Shown one piece after another: positions 12,600 through 24,620 of a stretch of 64,000 bases of DNA. How positions within the stretch are numbered: the stretch's first letter is position 1; each line of letters starts with the position of its first letter. Below the pieces are notes generated by a model, which saw only the letters and a program-made list of their open reading frames with translations, ran no database searches and was not told where the DNA came from. Made by a program: the position numbers and the translations under genes. Origin of the DNA: Lama guanicoe (Eukaryota); the NCBI GenBank assembly GCA_013239625.1, contig MU054541.1, positions 16,714,567 to 16,778,566 on the forward strand, in the 5' to 3' direction.

Positions 12600-13260
12600 G
12601 TGTCCCACTGGATCCTTCTGGTCCTTCCTGTGTGCGGTGACTTGCTCTCGGCCGGACGAGCCTGTGGGTGCAGGTGGGGGACAGGTGGTCCTCGCGCCCG
12701 GCCCAGCCTAAGGGGCAGCCGATGGTGGAGGTACCACGGTGGGGAAGGTGGCCTCTGCGGGCTGGCGGCGTCCGTGCCGCGCTGTAAAACTCGATGCCGT
12801 TTGTTTAGTGCCCTCTGGTCCACACCAGGGCAACAACCAGCCACCGTCTGGCTCTGAGTGAGAAAGCCGCGTTGTTTCAGCGTGGGTGAGGGTGAGCCTG
12901 CGCGCACCCGCACGGGCTGAGCGAGCGTGGGGTTTCGCGGGGCGGCTCCTCCTGCCTTTTGCACAGCGGGGCCTTCCCTGCGGCGGCCCCGGCTGAGCAC
13001 CGATCGCCTGCAGCTTCTTGCCAGGAGGCCCCACGGTCAACCGAAGCTGCTTCTCCCCAGTCTCCAGGCCACCAGCTTGCTCTCCCCGGACCCCAGGCCG
13101 CAGCACAGCTGCCCTCTTCTGTGCTCGCACGGGCCTGCCGTCGGCCCTCTCCCCCCGCGCGCAGCCCGCGGCGTCCCTCGTGAGGTGCGGGGTTGGCCAG
13201 GCCCGTGGCGCCGCCGCGGCCACCATCTTGCCTTCCGTGCAGGCCAGGCCGCTGCTCTGG
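12600..13260. promoter_or_regulatory. CpG-rich patch
   Basis: Very high GC with dense CpG over ~650 bp. Confidence 0.4.
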
Positions 13261-14759
13261 TGGCAGCCTGCTCTGCTGCTGGGTGACCGTGAAGAGGCCC
13301 ATGTCTTTCTCAGGGTTTGGCCACCAGCTGTGTTTGCTTCCACCCTACTTTTATCGTCTAATATTTGGGCCTCCTGGAGGGCCTCAGATCTGCCTTTGGG
13401 TCGCCATCCCATACGTGGAAGTCAGACATTTCCAGCCTGCAGTGACAGAACAAATTAAAACTTTATTCTGGGATGCAGTGTCCAGTGTCACTGCCACCTC
13501 TAGCGTGACATTTTCTCGTGCACGCGGGGTGTTTCCTAAGCCTGTCCACCCCCGTGACGTGGATGTTGGGCCGAGCAGACGGGACGGAGCCCGTGTTGCC
13601 CCCAGCAGGGTGTTCCCGGGGGTCAGTGTCAGCGCTCTGGGCTCCTGCCGGGAGGGTCGTTCAGACAATTGGAGTCTCCCTGCTTCCTCGCCATCCTCTC
13701 CACCAACGTAATGACGAGCTTGATTGAGGCTTGAAGATTGCGGGAATTCGCACAGGATTGTTTCTGGAGCAATCTGTCTTCTACCTTAAGCACTGTTTTT
13801 CCATTATACCGGCTCTTTTAAAATGTCTTCAATGAAATTTTGTTCCTAAATTACAGAAGTAACAAAGCGTCAGAGCAAATTTCGAAAATCACAACTGTTG
13901 TCTAAAATCATAACTCTGGCACTGTGTTCTGCTGGGTGTTTTTAATGTTTCTCTTTCCAGTCTGTTGACTTATGTGGACTCACAACATGCATTCAGCTGT
14001 GTGTTTTTTTAAATAAAATTTTTATAAAATAATTCTTTTTAAAGTAATAGGCAGCGTTTCAGTGGCTGTATAATCTTACGTGTCTTTTCATTTGAAGAAT
14101 CACACAGGGTGATTTTTTAACTTTACATTTATTTGAACATGCAAGTTAAAATGCCCTCACACATTTTTATTATTTTTCTGGCTCCTCTCCCTGACTGTCG
14201 GCAGTGGGTACCGTGACGGGCATCAGCTGCCGCCTCTGGCTAGGGGTTAGTTGAATCTGTGCTGACCATCTGCAATGCCTTGGAAATGCTTTTTTTTTTT
14301 TGGACATTACTTTTTAAGACAAATCCATGGTTTTGTTTTCTCATTTTTTCTTATTTTACAAAAATTAAGAGTATGTAATGCAAACAAAACCTCAGGTTTT
14401 GGGTCTGTTTTTTTTGTTTTCAGGTGTTTTCGTTGTCTTCTTTTAAATACTGAAGAATACTGGTGGTCTTGTAGACGTGTTTTTCTTTTCAAATAGAGAT
14501 TTCTGAGTGCCCTACAGGACTGGCACAGGCTCCGTGGGTTTGAGCTGAGTTCTCAGTCCATTTAGGTCCCCTGGGGAGACTGGTCACGTGGGGAACAGAG
14601 CTGGTGGTGAGACCATGGATTTCCTGCTTTGCCCTACTTTTTATAGTTCTGGCATGTTTCAATGGGCAGGTTCAAAACACAGCCCAGAAAACAGAATAAT
14701 GAATAATCTTTTTCTATGAATTTGTATAATCGTAACTGTTGGCTTATTACACATACCTC

Positions 14760-15195
14760 TGTATTTCCTGACAGCCTTCCAGTATCTTTCCTTAGCCATC
14801 AAACGTTCTGCTTTATTTAGAATACCATCCACATTGCCATTAAACTAAAAGTCGTTCTTTTCTCTGGAATGTCTCAAGCTCTCTGGGTGAGCTTTTGTTT
14901 TTACTCCCCAGAGAAATGCACTGACTTCTGAGTCTCTGTTTCATTTTGAGGGAACGTCTGTAGTGTTTCCTTCTCCCGTGCTCACCGACACAGATGTCAG
15001 TGCTGGCACGTAGTCTGTGCTCACTGCTAAGAGGTCTTAAGCAAGTCCGCACGTTTCCTAGACCTACAGAATCCCAGCGTCTTAGAAAGTCACCCAGCCT
15101 GGCTCTGCATCTGGTACTTGACTTTTCTCGGTCTGCGTCTGTTGCCTGCAACCTGGTTGGCACCTGTCTGCAACACAATAGGTGCTAAAACTGTC
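14760..15195 (+). mobile_element. L2 3' remnants with a possible MER5-like insert (~15030-15165)
   Basis: L2 tail motifs agtgctggcacgtagtctgtgctca and cacaataggtgct. The string cctagacctacagaatc...tctgcat resembles MER5. Confidence 0.45.
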
Positions 15196-17639
15196 CCAGG
15201 CGCTGCATGTGTACCCAGAAAATGGAAATAGTTAACGGCAGCCCCTCTTCCTCGAGCAAACTTGAATGGAGGTAGTATCGCGGGAGAAGAACAGAGAGGG
15301 CCATGTGACCTTAGATAAGGGGTGTAGCTCTGAGGATGCAGGCGGTTTGGAGGAGAGGTGGGGTCGGGGGAAACTGCAGAGAGGGGGCTGCGTCAGAGCT
15401 GTGCTTTGCGAGATGGTCGGAGAAGGGAGCTGGTTCCGAGAGGACAGTTGGGCCAAGGTGGGCTTGTGCTGGTGGGGGGCGCAGCGAGGAGCGGCGCGTC
15501 CACCCAGGGAGCCCTGCTGCCCCCCTGCGACCACCCTGACCGGCCGCTCCGCCCTCAGGCGGTCCTGCTGGAAGACCTCTGTCCCTGTAGCTGGCTCTGC
15601 ACCCGTGGGGTCTAGCTTTGCCCTTGGGAACCCACGCAAGACAAGTCCAATCATTGTGTTACGTTTCTGCTCTTGAGTTTGGGGAAGGTTGCTGCTCCCA
15701 CGTGTGCGCTCCTCCCGACTTCAGCCCGGCCCCCGCTCCTCCTGGGCGCCCGCCCTGCTCCCTCCAGGTGTTCCCACCCCCTACCTGCGGATTCAGGGTC
15801 CCACGACTCTCCTGCCTCTGGCGTCTGACCCACTGAACTTGGTGTTTGCTCGGGGTTGCGGCAGACAGCTAATGGTGTTTTGGTGTGTGTTGGTTTCACA
15901 TCCATCCAAACATCTGGTGAGGACATTTCAGACCACACTGGGCTTTCTATCAAGATACTTCAAGAGTGAGCAGCTCCAGCTGAACATCGTGACGTCTCCC
16001 CTACTATAAACCTAGACGCGATTTAGTTGGCAACTCAGAAGTGGAGCGTGGAAACGAAATGAGATACGCTCCCCCGTGGTGGTCGCATTGTACACCCCAA
16101 AGGGATCAATGCTGATACTGCGCATAAAGTGTGCTTTCATGAAAGCTTGGAGTTTCCAAATATTTATCATGGCAGTGTTCTGCACTTAAATCACGTCATG
16201 AATGTAGTGTCATTTTCCCTTTTAGTTCCGTTAGGCCGATGGTTTGAACTAGTAAGTGATGAGACCTTGAAACTTCAGCCGAGTCCTTCTTTGATACTGT
16301 AAAGCACATACTCCACTCGGGTTGTGGAGCTGTTCACATTACTTTATGCCATTATAAACATAGTAAGAGTTCAAATATTTTAAAGTATTTGTTTTAATTT
16401 GAACTAGTATCAGTATAAATCAAAGTTCCATTCCAGAGCTTTCGGGTTTTGTGCCACCATAATTAAGATTGAGAAACAAGGTTTTTTTCGTTTTGTTGCT
16501 CTAGCTTGTGATTTAAATCCCAGATAGCAATGTAAAGCAGGTCATTTTATAAACATAGGAGTTTTAAAAACCTGTTCTTGTGTATTCAGGTTGAGTATTG
16601 CTTTGAAAACTTCTGAGATTTGTTGGTGTTTGGCCCGCACAGCGTCTGGGGTGTTCCCTGTGTGTTTGCGGGCGGCTGGCCTAGTGAAGTAATTTGTTTC
16701 TAGCAGTAAATAACTTTGTTTATACCTAGCAAGTGAATGTGTCCATCTCAGTTTGGCAAATACTAATTTTTTTTAAGTGTGGGAATTTCTTTTACATGTT
16801 TTCTTTTCTTTTTCTTTTTTTGCCAGGAGATTTTGGACCAGATATTTTCTTAGTTTACCACGATAGTTTCTGTGTACAGAGATTTGAATTCATTGTTTTG
16901 TTCCATATCCAGGGACATTGTAGGCTAGATTATTTGGATCAAATTTTCTATTGAAAACAACTGAAAATACAGGATAAAAAGTCTGAAATCTCCTTAAAAT
17001 AACAGAAGAATAAACAAGAGTGCAAGCAGCTCAGGAAGGTGGGGCAGTCAGCCGCACATTCAGGCTGTTCTAATCCTGACAGCGTATGGGCAGCTGGAAT
17101 GAGCCTGACCGTCTTGTGCGAGGAGTGAGGCAGAGGTGAAAGGCCAGTGTCCCTGGGTCTAGGGTGAACTCGGTGTAAACCCAGCTCACCTCCCGGCGGT
17201 GCCACTGGAGAGTCACTCTGGTGCTCGGCGGAGTGGAGTGGATGGAGGGAACTCCCGGGCAGGTGTCCCCCACGCTGCCCTCAGGCGTGTTGCAATCCAG
17301 AACCACATCACCTGGTAGCCCAGAGCCTTTTACACCAAGGTTTAGTTTTAGGAATTCACAGATTCGTAGAACCCTTAGGCTCCTGACAGAAGCTACCAGG
17401 ATTCCCCTCCGGAGGAAGTCGGCACGAGGACACCTCCCCAGCGGCTGCACGAGGGCGCGTGGCGCGCAGTGGGAAGTGACCGGACGCCGGAGAGACGCCG
17501 TCTCTGCTGAGCCCCTTCCCTTCCTCCTCGCGCTCCCCTCGCCTCTCCCCCGGGCTGTCCGCGCTCCTCGGGGCCTGCAGCGGCTCCGGGTCCTCACGGA
17601 CCGTTAGTTCTCGTTGCTCGTGTGTCGTCTGGTCAGCTT

Positions 17640-17810
17640 CTTCCTTTCACCTCACAGTCTGTTTGCAGAGCCTTCCAGTTGACCTTAGGCTCATTCTTTT
17701 CCTTCCCAAATTCAACAGCAAACCAGGCTCAGGCTGATCAGGTCCCTTCCCAGAGCCCTTCCATCGCTCCCAGGTGAACGTTTTACCTGGTCTGTCTGTG
17801 GTCTGGTCAC
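17640..17810 (+). mobile_element. L2 fragment
   Basis: ctgatcaggtcccttcccagagcccttccatcgctccc resembles the L2 'ctgatcatgtcactcccctgc...cccttcaatggctccc' motif. Confidence 0.45.
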
Positions 17811-18509
17811 AGCCAGACCCCCCTTCGTTACACGGAGGCTGGGCCGAGGCACCGGGACCTGGGCGACGGTTTAGGGCCGCTCATTCCCGCGGCACGCTGC
17901 GTGCCGGGGTGGTAGCCTGCGCGCTCGCCTCGAAGCTCCTGGAAGAATGAGCATTCTTTTCTTTTGTTTTACTGTTGGCACTGGCTCTTCATGGAGTGAT
18001 TTACACGTAGTAATTGTGCAACAGACATTCACCGCGTGAACCAGTGACCAGGAGAAAGCAGGTGACAGCTCGGCTGAGAGGACGCGGGAGGTCCAAGGCG
18101 GGCGCAGGCCCGTGGGAGGGACTCCGTGCTGACTGGCGCCCTTGGGTTTGCAGGACGTTTTCTCGAGTCTTCTGATCAGTCTCCGCTTGTCTTCCTGCTG
18201 GCCTGTGGTACAGGCAGAGCAGGCGCCTGGTCCTGCCTTTCCACCAGCAGGCTCACTTCTAGCCGGGCGTTCGAGTCCCTTCTGGAAGCACTGACTACCC
18301 CCGACCGTGCGCCCCCTGTTCTGCTCCCGACTGCGGGCTTGTTCTCTGGCCCGGGCTCCCAGCGCCAATTAGCCTTGTAACCTTGGTAAGACACTTGTCC
18401 CTTTTCGCCTGTAGCATTTTCACCTGTAAGATTGATAGTCCTCATCACAGTGTTTTATCACTGCTTCTCATTCTGACCTCTGTAAGCACCGCTCTTTCCC
18501 CCATTCCAG

Positions 18510-18529
18510 TGAGTGAGCAGATGAGACAG
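18510..18529 (+). other. Candidate 20-nt microexon
   Basis: Upstream ctgac branch-like motif, acceptor ctctttcccccattccag| and consensus donor CAG|gtaagt. Confidence 0.25.
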
Positions 18530-20536
18530 GTAAGTGGGTGAGCACCGAGCTGGCTGTTGAGCCCAGAGCACCTCTTGCAACTCTTGCGGGGTTAGGAAAA
18601 CAAAGCCCTTACTTGTGCAAACAGAACATGTCAACAGAGTGTGCACAGTGATGCCAACAAGCGTCTTGGGACTCAAAACTTGGGCAATGGAGATAATCTA
18701 CCTTGATTATAGAGGCGTCACTCAATCCAGAATTTTGGCAAAAAATAAAAACTTCTTTAATGTTGATAATGTTTTAGAACAAAGAGTCAAACTGTGACAG
18801 GTCTTGGGACCATTCAGAGTTCAAGGCCCGCAGCTCGCGTCCGGAGCGGGTGCAGTGGCGCTCAGGGGCACGGGAGCGCGCATGTGGCCCGGTGCTAACG
18901 CAGGTGGTTCCGCTGGCGTAGCATTTCGCGGGTGCCTGCAGTTTCCAGGCGTTGGGGATCAGTATGGCCGTCTGTCCTCTCGTTTGAAAAGTGGAGATGA
19001 AATCATGGGCCCGCATGCGAATTCCGTCTCTTCTGGTGGAAATTCTCCCAGGGAGATTTCTGCTAAGACTACACTTGGAGAGAATCCACGGGCCCTGGAG
19101 GCGTTCCTGCAGCAGTGTCACGCTGACCCCTCCTGTAGGTGGGTGTCCCTCGCGGCAGCTTGTCTGGTGGCGACGCCGAGTCCTTCGGCTCAAGGAGCGC
19201 CTCCTGCAGCCGGGACGAGGGACGGAGCAGCAGCGGCCACTCTTTCATCCACGAGAAAGGAGAGGTTTCTTCAGGTGGACGCGTGAGGCATGTTTCTTCA
19301 GGAGGGAGTCGCAGCGTGCTCTTCCTGGCCCCTCCAATCTGTCCGACGGGGTTTCCGAGGACCCTAGACCGTTCGTCACGGCCTGTGCTTCGTGGTCTGT
19401 GCTGTGTGGGACCCGCACCCACTGTACTCGCAGGGCTGGAGAAGCCTGCGTGAGGCCGAGGTGCTCGGAGCCTCGTGGGTGACACCTGTGGTAGTGACTC
19501 TAGTATTTTAGCTCAGCATTTCATCAGGTTTTTATATGTTAATATTTTATTTGGAGCAGTATTGTGATTTTCCAAGTGATTTCTCTTATGGAAACTCCTG
19601 GATCCACGAAGGACACAGGCAGGTATTTGAGAGCTTTCTTCCTGCTCCCGACAACCGTTGCCACCAGGGCACAGTAACGTCCAAAGGGGGGACCTGCAGC
19701 CCGAGCGCTCCCTGTCAGAGCCCTTCTCCCGTGGCCTTGGCCCTGCGCGGAGGGCCTGGGGTCACACTGCCACCCCTTCCTCGTGTGGCCCTCTGCCGGC
19801 CCACGGCCCAGAGGGAGGGAAGACACCCGATGTGCTCAGGCAGAACGCATCCCAGCCACAGCTGCCTTCACAGGGGCTGTTGTGTGGACTGACGAGCCTG
19901 GCGGTGCGGGGAGCCGTCTTCACTCACCATGGGACAGAGGCCCCGGCCCGAGGCGGCGGCTGCGGGGAGGCCCGCCCTCTGCTCCCTGGGTCCGCTGTTC
20001 TCTCGAGACTTGGGTGGAGCTGCTCCTTGGCCAGTGTGCCTTGGAAGGTCCGGGCCTCAGTGTGTGGGGTCAGGGGTCAGGGTGACGGGGACCCAGGGTG
20101 TGCGTGGTGTGATTTTCCTTTGTACAAGACTACGTGCTTCTCTGGACTGTGTCCTGGAACAAAAGTAGTGTTGCTTCCAGCAGAGGGTGAAAGCGGGGGA
20201 AAGTCAGTTGGCGTTTGCAGGTCCCGCTGCCGCCAGGCTCAGGCGGCAGGCGCCACCGCCGCCTGCAGGTAAAGGCCCAGCGCCTCAGACTCCGCGTTAG
20301 TGGGGTGTTCCTCTGGGTGTCACCTCGGAAGGAAGGAAAGCTCGTGTTGGGGGCAGTGTCTGTTTTCGCCTGGGTGGGCCGACCACACCCCGTGAGTAGG
20401 GAGACCCTGGATTTGAATACAGGTCTGTGTGACGACCAAAATGTCTAAATTTCATGGTAGATGTTTTCCTTCTGATGAGACTGATGTGGAAAAGTCAAGT
20501 GGAAGTAGGGGCATAAGGGTGCTGGAAACAGGTGCG

Positions 20537-20634
20537 CAGGCAGGTGACTGAAGGATGATGGTCTTACTTCAGGGTGAAATCTCACCATCATCCCACCTTG
20601 AATTAAGACCATCATCGTTTCAGTCATTTGCTTG
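20537..20634 (+). ncRNA. Long stem-loop (pre-miRNA-like or structured intronic RNA)
   Basis: 20537-20576 pairs with 20594-20634: 34 Watson-Crick pairs, 5 G-U pairs, one C/U mismatch, one bulged G and a 17-nt loop. The hairpin is seen directly, but its identity as an ncRNA is inferred. Confidence 0.45.
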
Positions 20635-21554
20635 ACTTTGTGAGCAGGTAAGTTTGGTTGACTTGTGAAGCGAAAGAGCTGTAGGTGAGAAAAGAGAAAT
20701 GAGATGTGAGCCACGTTACAGGTGTCTGGGGGGCCGTGTGGAGGGGAGGGAGAGCCGGGTGGGGTCCGGCAGTGGGGGGGGTGCTCCTAAAGGCTCCTAA
20801 GGCAAGAGAAGCCATCCTTGCTTTTTGTTTTTTTTTAAGGAAGAGGGACCGCTTCCAGGAACCTAAGGACCCCGTGACGCTGGCTAAGCGTTGCTGCAGA
20901 AGAGGCGGGCTTCTCCGAGGGCGCACGCGTCAGTTCAGGGTGTTTGCTGGCTTCCTTGGCTCGCCTGGAAAACTGGCGAAACCTGGCACAGGAGCAGGCT
21001 CCTAGGGTTTGCACTGACTGCAGAAGTTGGGTATGGGTTTACGTGACAGTTGCACGCTGGTCCCTTCACTTCGGTTGTGTTAGGAAGACCCCGACGCGGG
21101 GGACGGCCCGCTCCGGTCTCCTCGGCCTGTCTGTGAGCCAGACTCTTCCTTCTGGGAAGCTGAAGGCAAGAGTTTTATTGGGATTATTTTATTACAGCTT
21201 CTTGCTGCGAAACGAAGGGTAATTGGCTAATCGAGGCTCTGGTAGCAATTTCAGAGATTGGAAAATTGGTTCCCGTCTGCCACTTGAACAAATAAGCAGC
21301 TTCTCAAATGTACAACCAACTAGTTTATTCAAAACGGTGTCTTTACAGGGAGGCCCCCTGTTCCCTGGTTTATTATGGTCTGTGTGAGTTAGAAGACTTT
21401 CCCCCCTCAGCCCCCGAAACCCAGAAATGCAGGTGCGCCTCCGTCACAGGCTTACGCGCAGAGCGCCCATGACAACGGGGCAGAGGCTGAGGCTGCCTGG
21501 TCAAGGGGGCTTCGTCATCTGACCCGAGACTCGGCGGGAGAAGTGAGTTACCAG

Positions 21555-21630
21555 CATGTCCCTGGAATGCAGAGTCCAGCGCAGAACTTTACATATAGAG
21601 GGTGCTCCATAAAATATTTGTTAATTTGCT
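21555..21630 (+). mobile_element. L2 3' end remnant
   Basis: cagcgcagaactttacatatagagggtgctccataaaatatttgttaatt matches the L2 tail. Confidence 0.55.
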
Positions 21631-24399
21631 TCTTTCTACCAGAACTGTCCTTGAGATGTAGGATTTTAACCACTGACTTATGATTCATTGTATCTTGAAT
21701 ATCGTTTATTTAGCATGAATTTTTCTTTCTCTTCAAGTTGAAATAATTTCTGTTAATGGGGGACATTAGAATGTCTACCCCCCAGTTAACTGGAAGGTTT
21801 TGGTAAAAGCAGACTTGTCAGGAATCACTAGCGAATGGTAAATACACTGTAATTTCAGAATTGCTTGATGACGGGCTTGCCCGACACCGTAGTTGCACTG
21901 AAGACTCAGGACGCAGGAAGGCGCGCGAGGAAGCTGAGCCCCTGTCGTGAGTCGAGGCAGACGTGCTTTCCGAGGGCACAGACGCCGCCTTCGACCCCCG
22001 ACTCTGGCAAAGAGGTTAGAAGCCCCCAGAGCGTCACAGAGGTGGGCGGTCAATCCCCCGCGGTGACATCTCGGTGGGAACGTCCCTGATACGACTCTTA
22101 CGCCTTAAGTAGTTGTTACGCTTCTTGTTTTTCTGCCGTTTTGTACTTTGTAACCCACTGGAGTGACTCGGGGGTTTCTGTGGGCTTGCGCTTTCCCAGG
22201 GCTGTCAGAGAACACTCTGAGGGTTGGCGGTGACCTGCGGTACTTCAGCTGTTGTTGTTGGTCGTCCAGTAATAATACGGCCCTGGGGCAGTTAGCTTAG
22301 ACACTGTGGCAGGTTTCCTCTGGCCTCCGCGACCGGGACTCCGTGTGGCTCCTGTTGGGAAAGTCAAGGTGTGGCTGAGGACGACCTTGGCCTTCACCAG
22401 GTGCGCACCTTCTGTGGAGTCTGCACGTGTTAAGCGTATCTACTCTTGTGCTGATTAAAACCCACGGTGTCTGTTTTCAAACCTCAGTCTGATTTTACCC
22501 TGAATGCCTGCATTTTGTGTTTCAGACAAATGCTGATGTTTTATGAGCCTTCCAAAAACGGTGGGTTACAGAAAGTGGAGATGGGTCTTTTAAAAAAGAC
22601 GTCTTATGAAGAACAGGAAGGCTCGAGTACTTGCCGGGAGCAAGGTGTGTAACTGTGGGTACGTCGTTTGGCTGTTTGGGGCTCAGTTTTTATTATCTGT
22701 CAAATAAGGGTATTAGGTTAGATCGATGTTTTCAGACTTTCTGCCTCCTGGAACCCACAGGAAGAAACACACTTGTGAAGAAGTGTGGTGCCCACGTGTG
22801 AGTGTGTCAGAAATGACAGTAGTTCGGAGCGGAGCAGAGCGCTTCCCCTCGACGTGCAGTTCGCTCTTTGTGCTGTGTTTTCAGGGAACTTCAGGACCCA
22901 CAAACGGCACTTCTCGTTTGGAGAGCAGAAGATTAGATGCCCTCGGCCCTATCAAGTTTAGAATGTAACACTGAACTTTAGGAATCAGTCTTGTAATTTT
23001 TTGACAGAAAATATAAGTGAGTTTTTGGCAGTGACAGACTGTAATTCTCACTGTAGCGTGGTTGGGGGTCCAAGCCCCTGGCTTTGTGGGTGGAGCAGGC
23101 AGGTGCCGTGTGGTGCTCCCAGGCTGGGTGGCCACCCGGGCACCACCTGGGCCAGTAGCAGCGACCCCTGCCCCCGTGTTGTCCTTCGGAGCTGAAGTCA
23201 CCAGGACTCGGCAACCCAGATTCCAATGGCAGGCTGATCAGACAGAAGAAGAGGTGTGACATTTACTCGTGTGCCACCTGACTTCCCTGGTTGTGGAAAG
23301 GAAATCTCTGCAGTGCGTCGGGGGGCGTGGCACGGGAGCCAAAGCTCTGGTCGGTGACTTCGAGCAGTGGGGCCTCGGGACGTGTGTGTCTGCTCCGTGT
23401 GGGTCTGTGTGTGACTCGAGTGCCCCTCAGGGGACCCTTCCAGTGTCGTGTGTCTTTGGGTCTTGCTTCTTGTCTTCACTTTGAACGTTACTGCTGTGCG
23501 TGTGCTGCTCCGTCCCGGGTGGGATGAGCAGTAGACATGGTTGTCGAGCACGTTAGAACGATGAGCTGGTCTCGGGGGGTTTGCAGCCAACCCCCTGCAA
23601 TGTGTGCCCGTGGTGAGACTGAGCTGGATGTTGGGCTGGTGGTCACACCGCCCTCTGCTCGCTTGTCCTCCTGGGGACAGAAGCTCTGGGTGTGGGCAGT
23701 GTTTCTGGGACCCACCTTTGTGGGTGTCATTTTGCCCAGGGAGGTGGGGGGCGGTCTCAGGAACAAGCGCATCTACTCAGGACTTCCAAAACCCTCATGA
23801 AAGCAGATGGGAATGGGGGTGCTACGTACCCTGGGCTTTCCGGGCGGGTACCCCTCCTCTAGAAAGGACAAGAGGGCTGCAGTCAAAGCCACTCTTGTCC
23901 ATCGTGGCATGGGGAGTGCGGAGTGTGCCCGAGACCGTCGTTCGTCTTGTAGATAAAAGGCAGATGCGTTTAGGCCCCAAGGTTGGAGGAGTGAGACCGG
24001 GTTGGTTGGTAGACCAGATGACTAGGTGGGGGCGGTGGCGGGGGCAGGAGGCCCAGGATAGCCCAGGGCAGGATGTGGACAGACAGGCCTGCAGGGCCTG
24101 GAAGAACTCAGCAGGGAGGTGCTGGGCCACTCTCCTGCCAGGCACCTTGCGGCGCTGGGGGGAAGCCCGCGGGTGCAGACTGTGTGGTGCGGGGGTTGGA
24201 GCACCCGCCCTGCCCTGAGTTCTTGTTCTGTTTGTACTGGCGCTTTCCTTGCGCCAAGTCATGATTTTATCATGATCCTTTTTTTCTGGCTTCAGAAGTT
24301 TAAAATATAGAACAGGGGTTTCTCCCTGAGGCTGACGTCAAACATTAGCTAATATGCTCTATGAACAAAGCTTTAGTGAAAACACAACTGGTCTGTGGT

Positions 24400-24620
24400 G
24401 TTTTCTGCTCTCCCGTACAGCAGGGGATGTTATCTCAGTTTCACTGAAAATCGAGGCTCCTCTTAGTTGTCATACGAAATTGCCATCTTGAGGCCCCAAA
24501 TGGTTGACTATCAGCTGTATGAGGTCGTTCAACCTCGTGACTTACCGAAGACCAGTCACCTAGAACGTGGCATTTCGACTCACGTCTGATGACCCCAAAG
24601 CCTGTCTCCATTTTTTCCTA
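24400..24620 (-). mobile_element. Diverged MIR
   Basis: ttatctcagtttcactgaaaatcgaggctc ... gtgacttaccgaagacc ... tctgatgaccccaaagcctg. Confidence 0.5.

Noticed and set aside
12482-13711. Stack of long ORFs (up to 234 aa) on both strands
   Set aside because: They overlap in several frames, are Arg/Pro/Gly/Ala-rich and show no domain. This is expected from stop-codon scarcity at high GC.
22528-22644. Possible coding exon (QMLMFYEPSKNGGLQKVEMG...)
   Set aside because: The acceptor is plausible but the donor is weak (gtgtgt) and the peptide is unrecognised.
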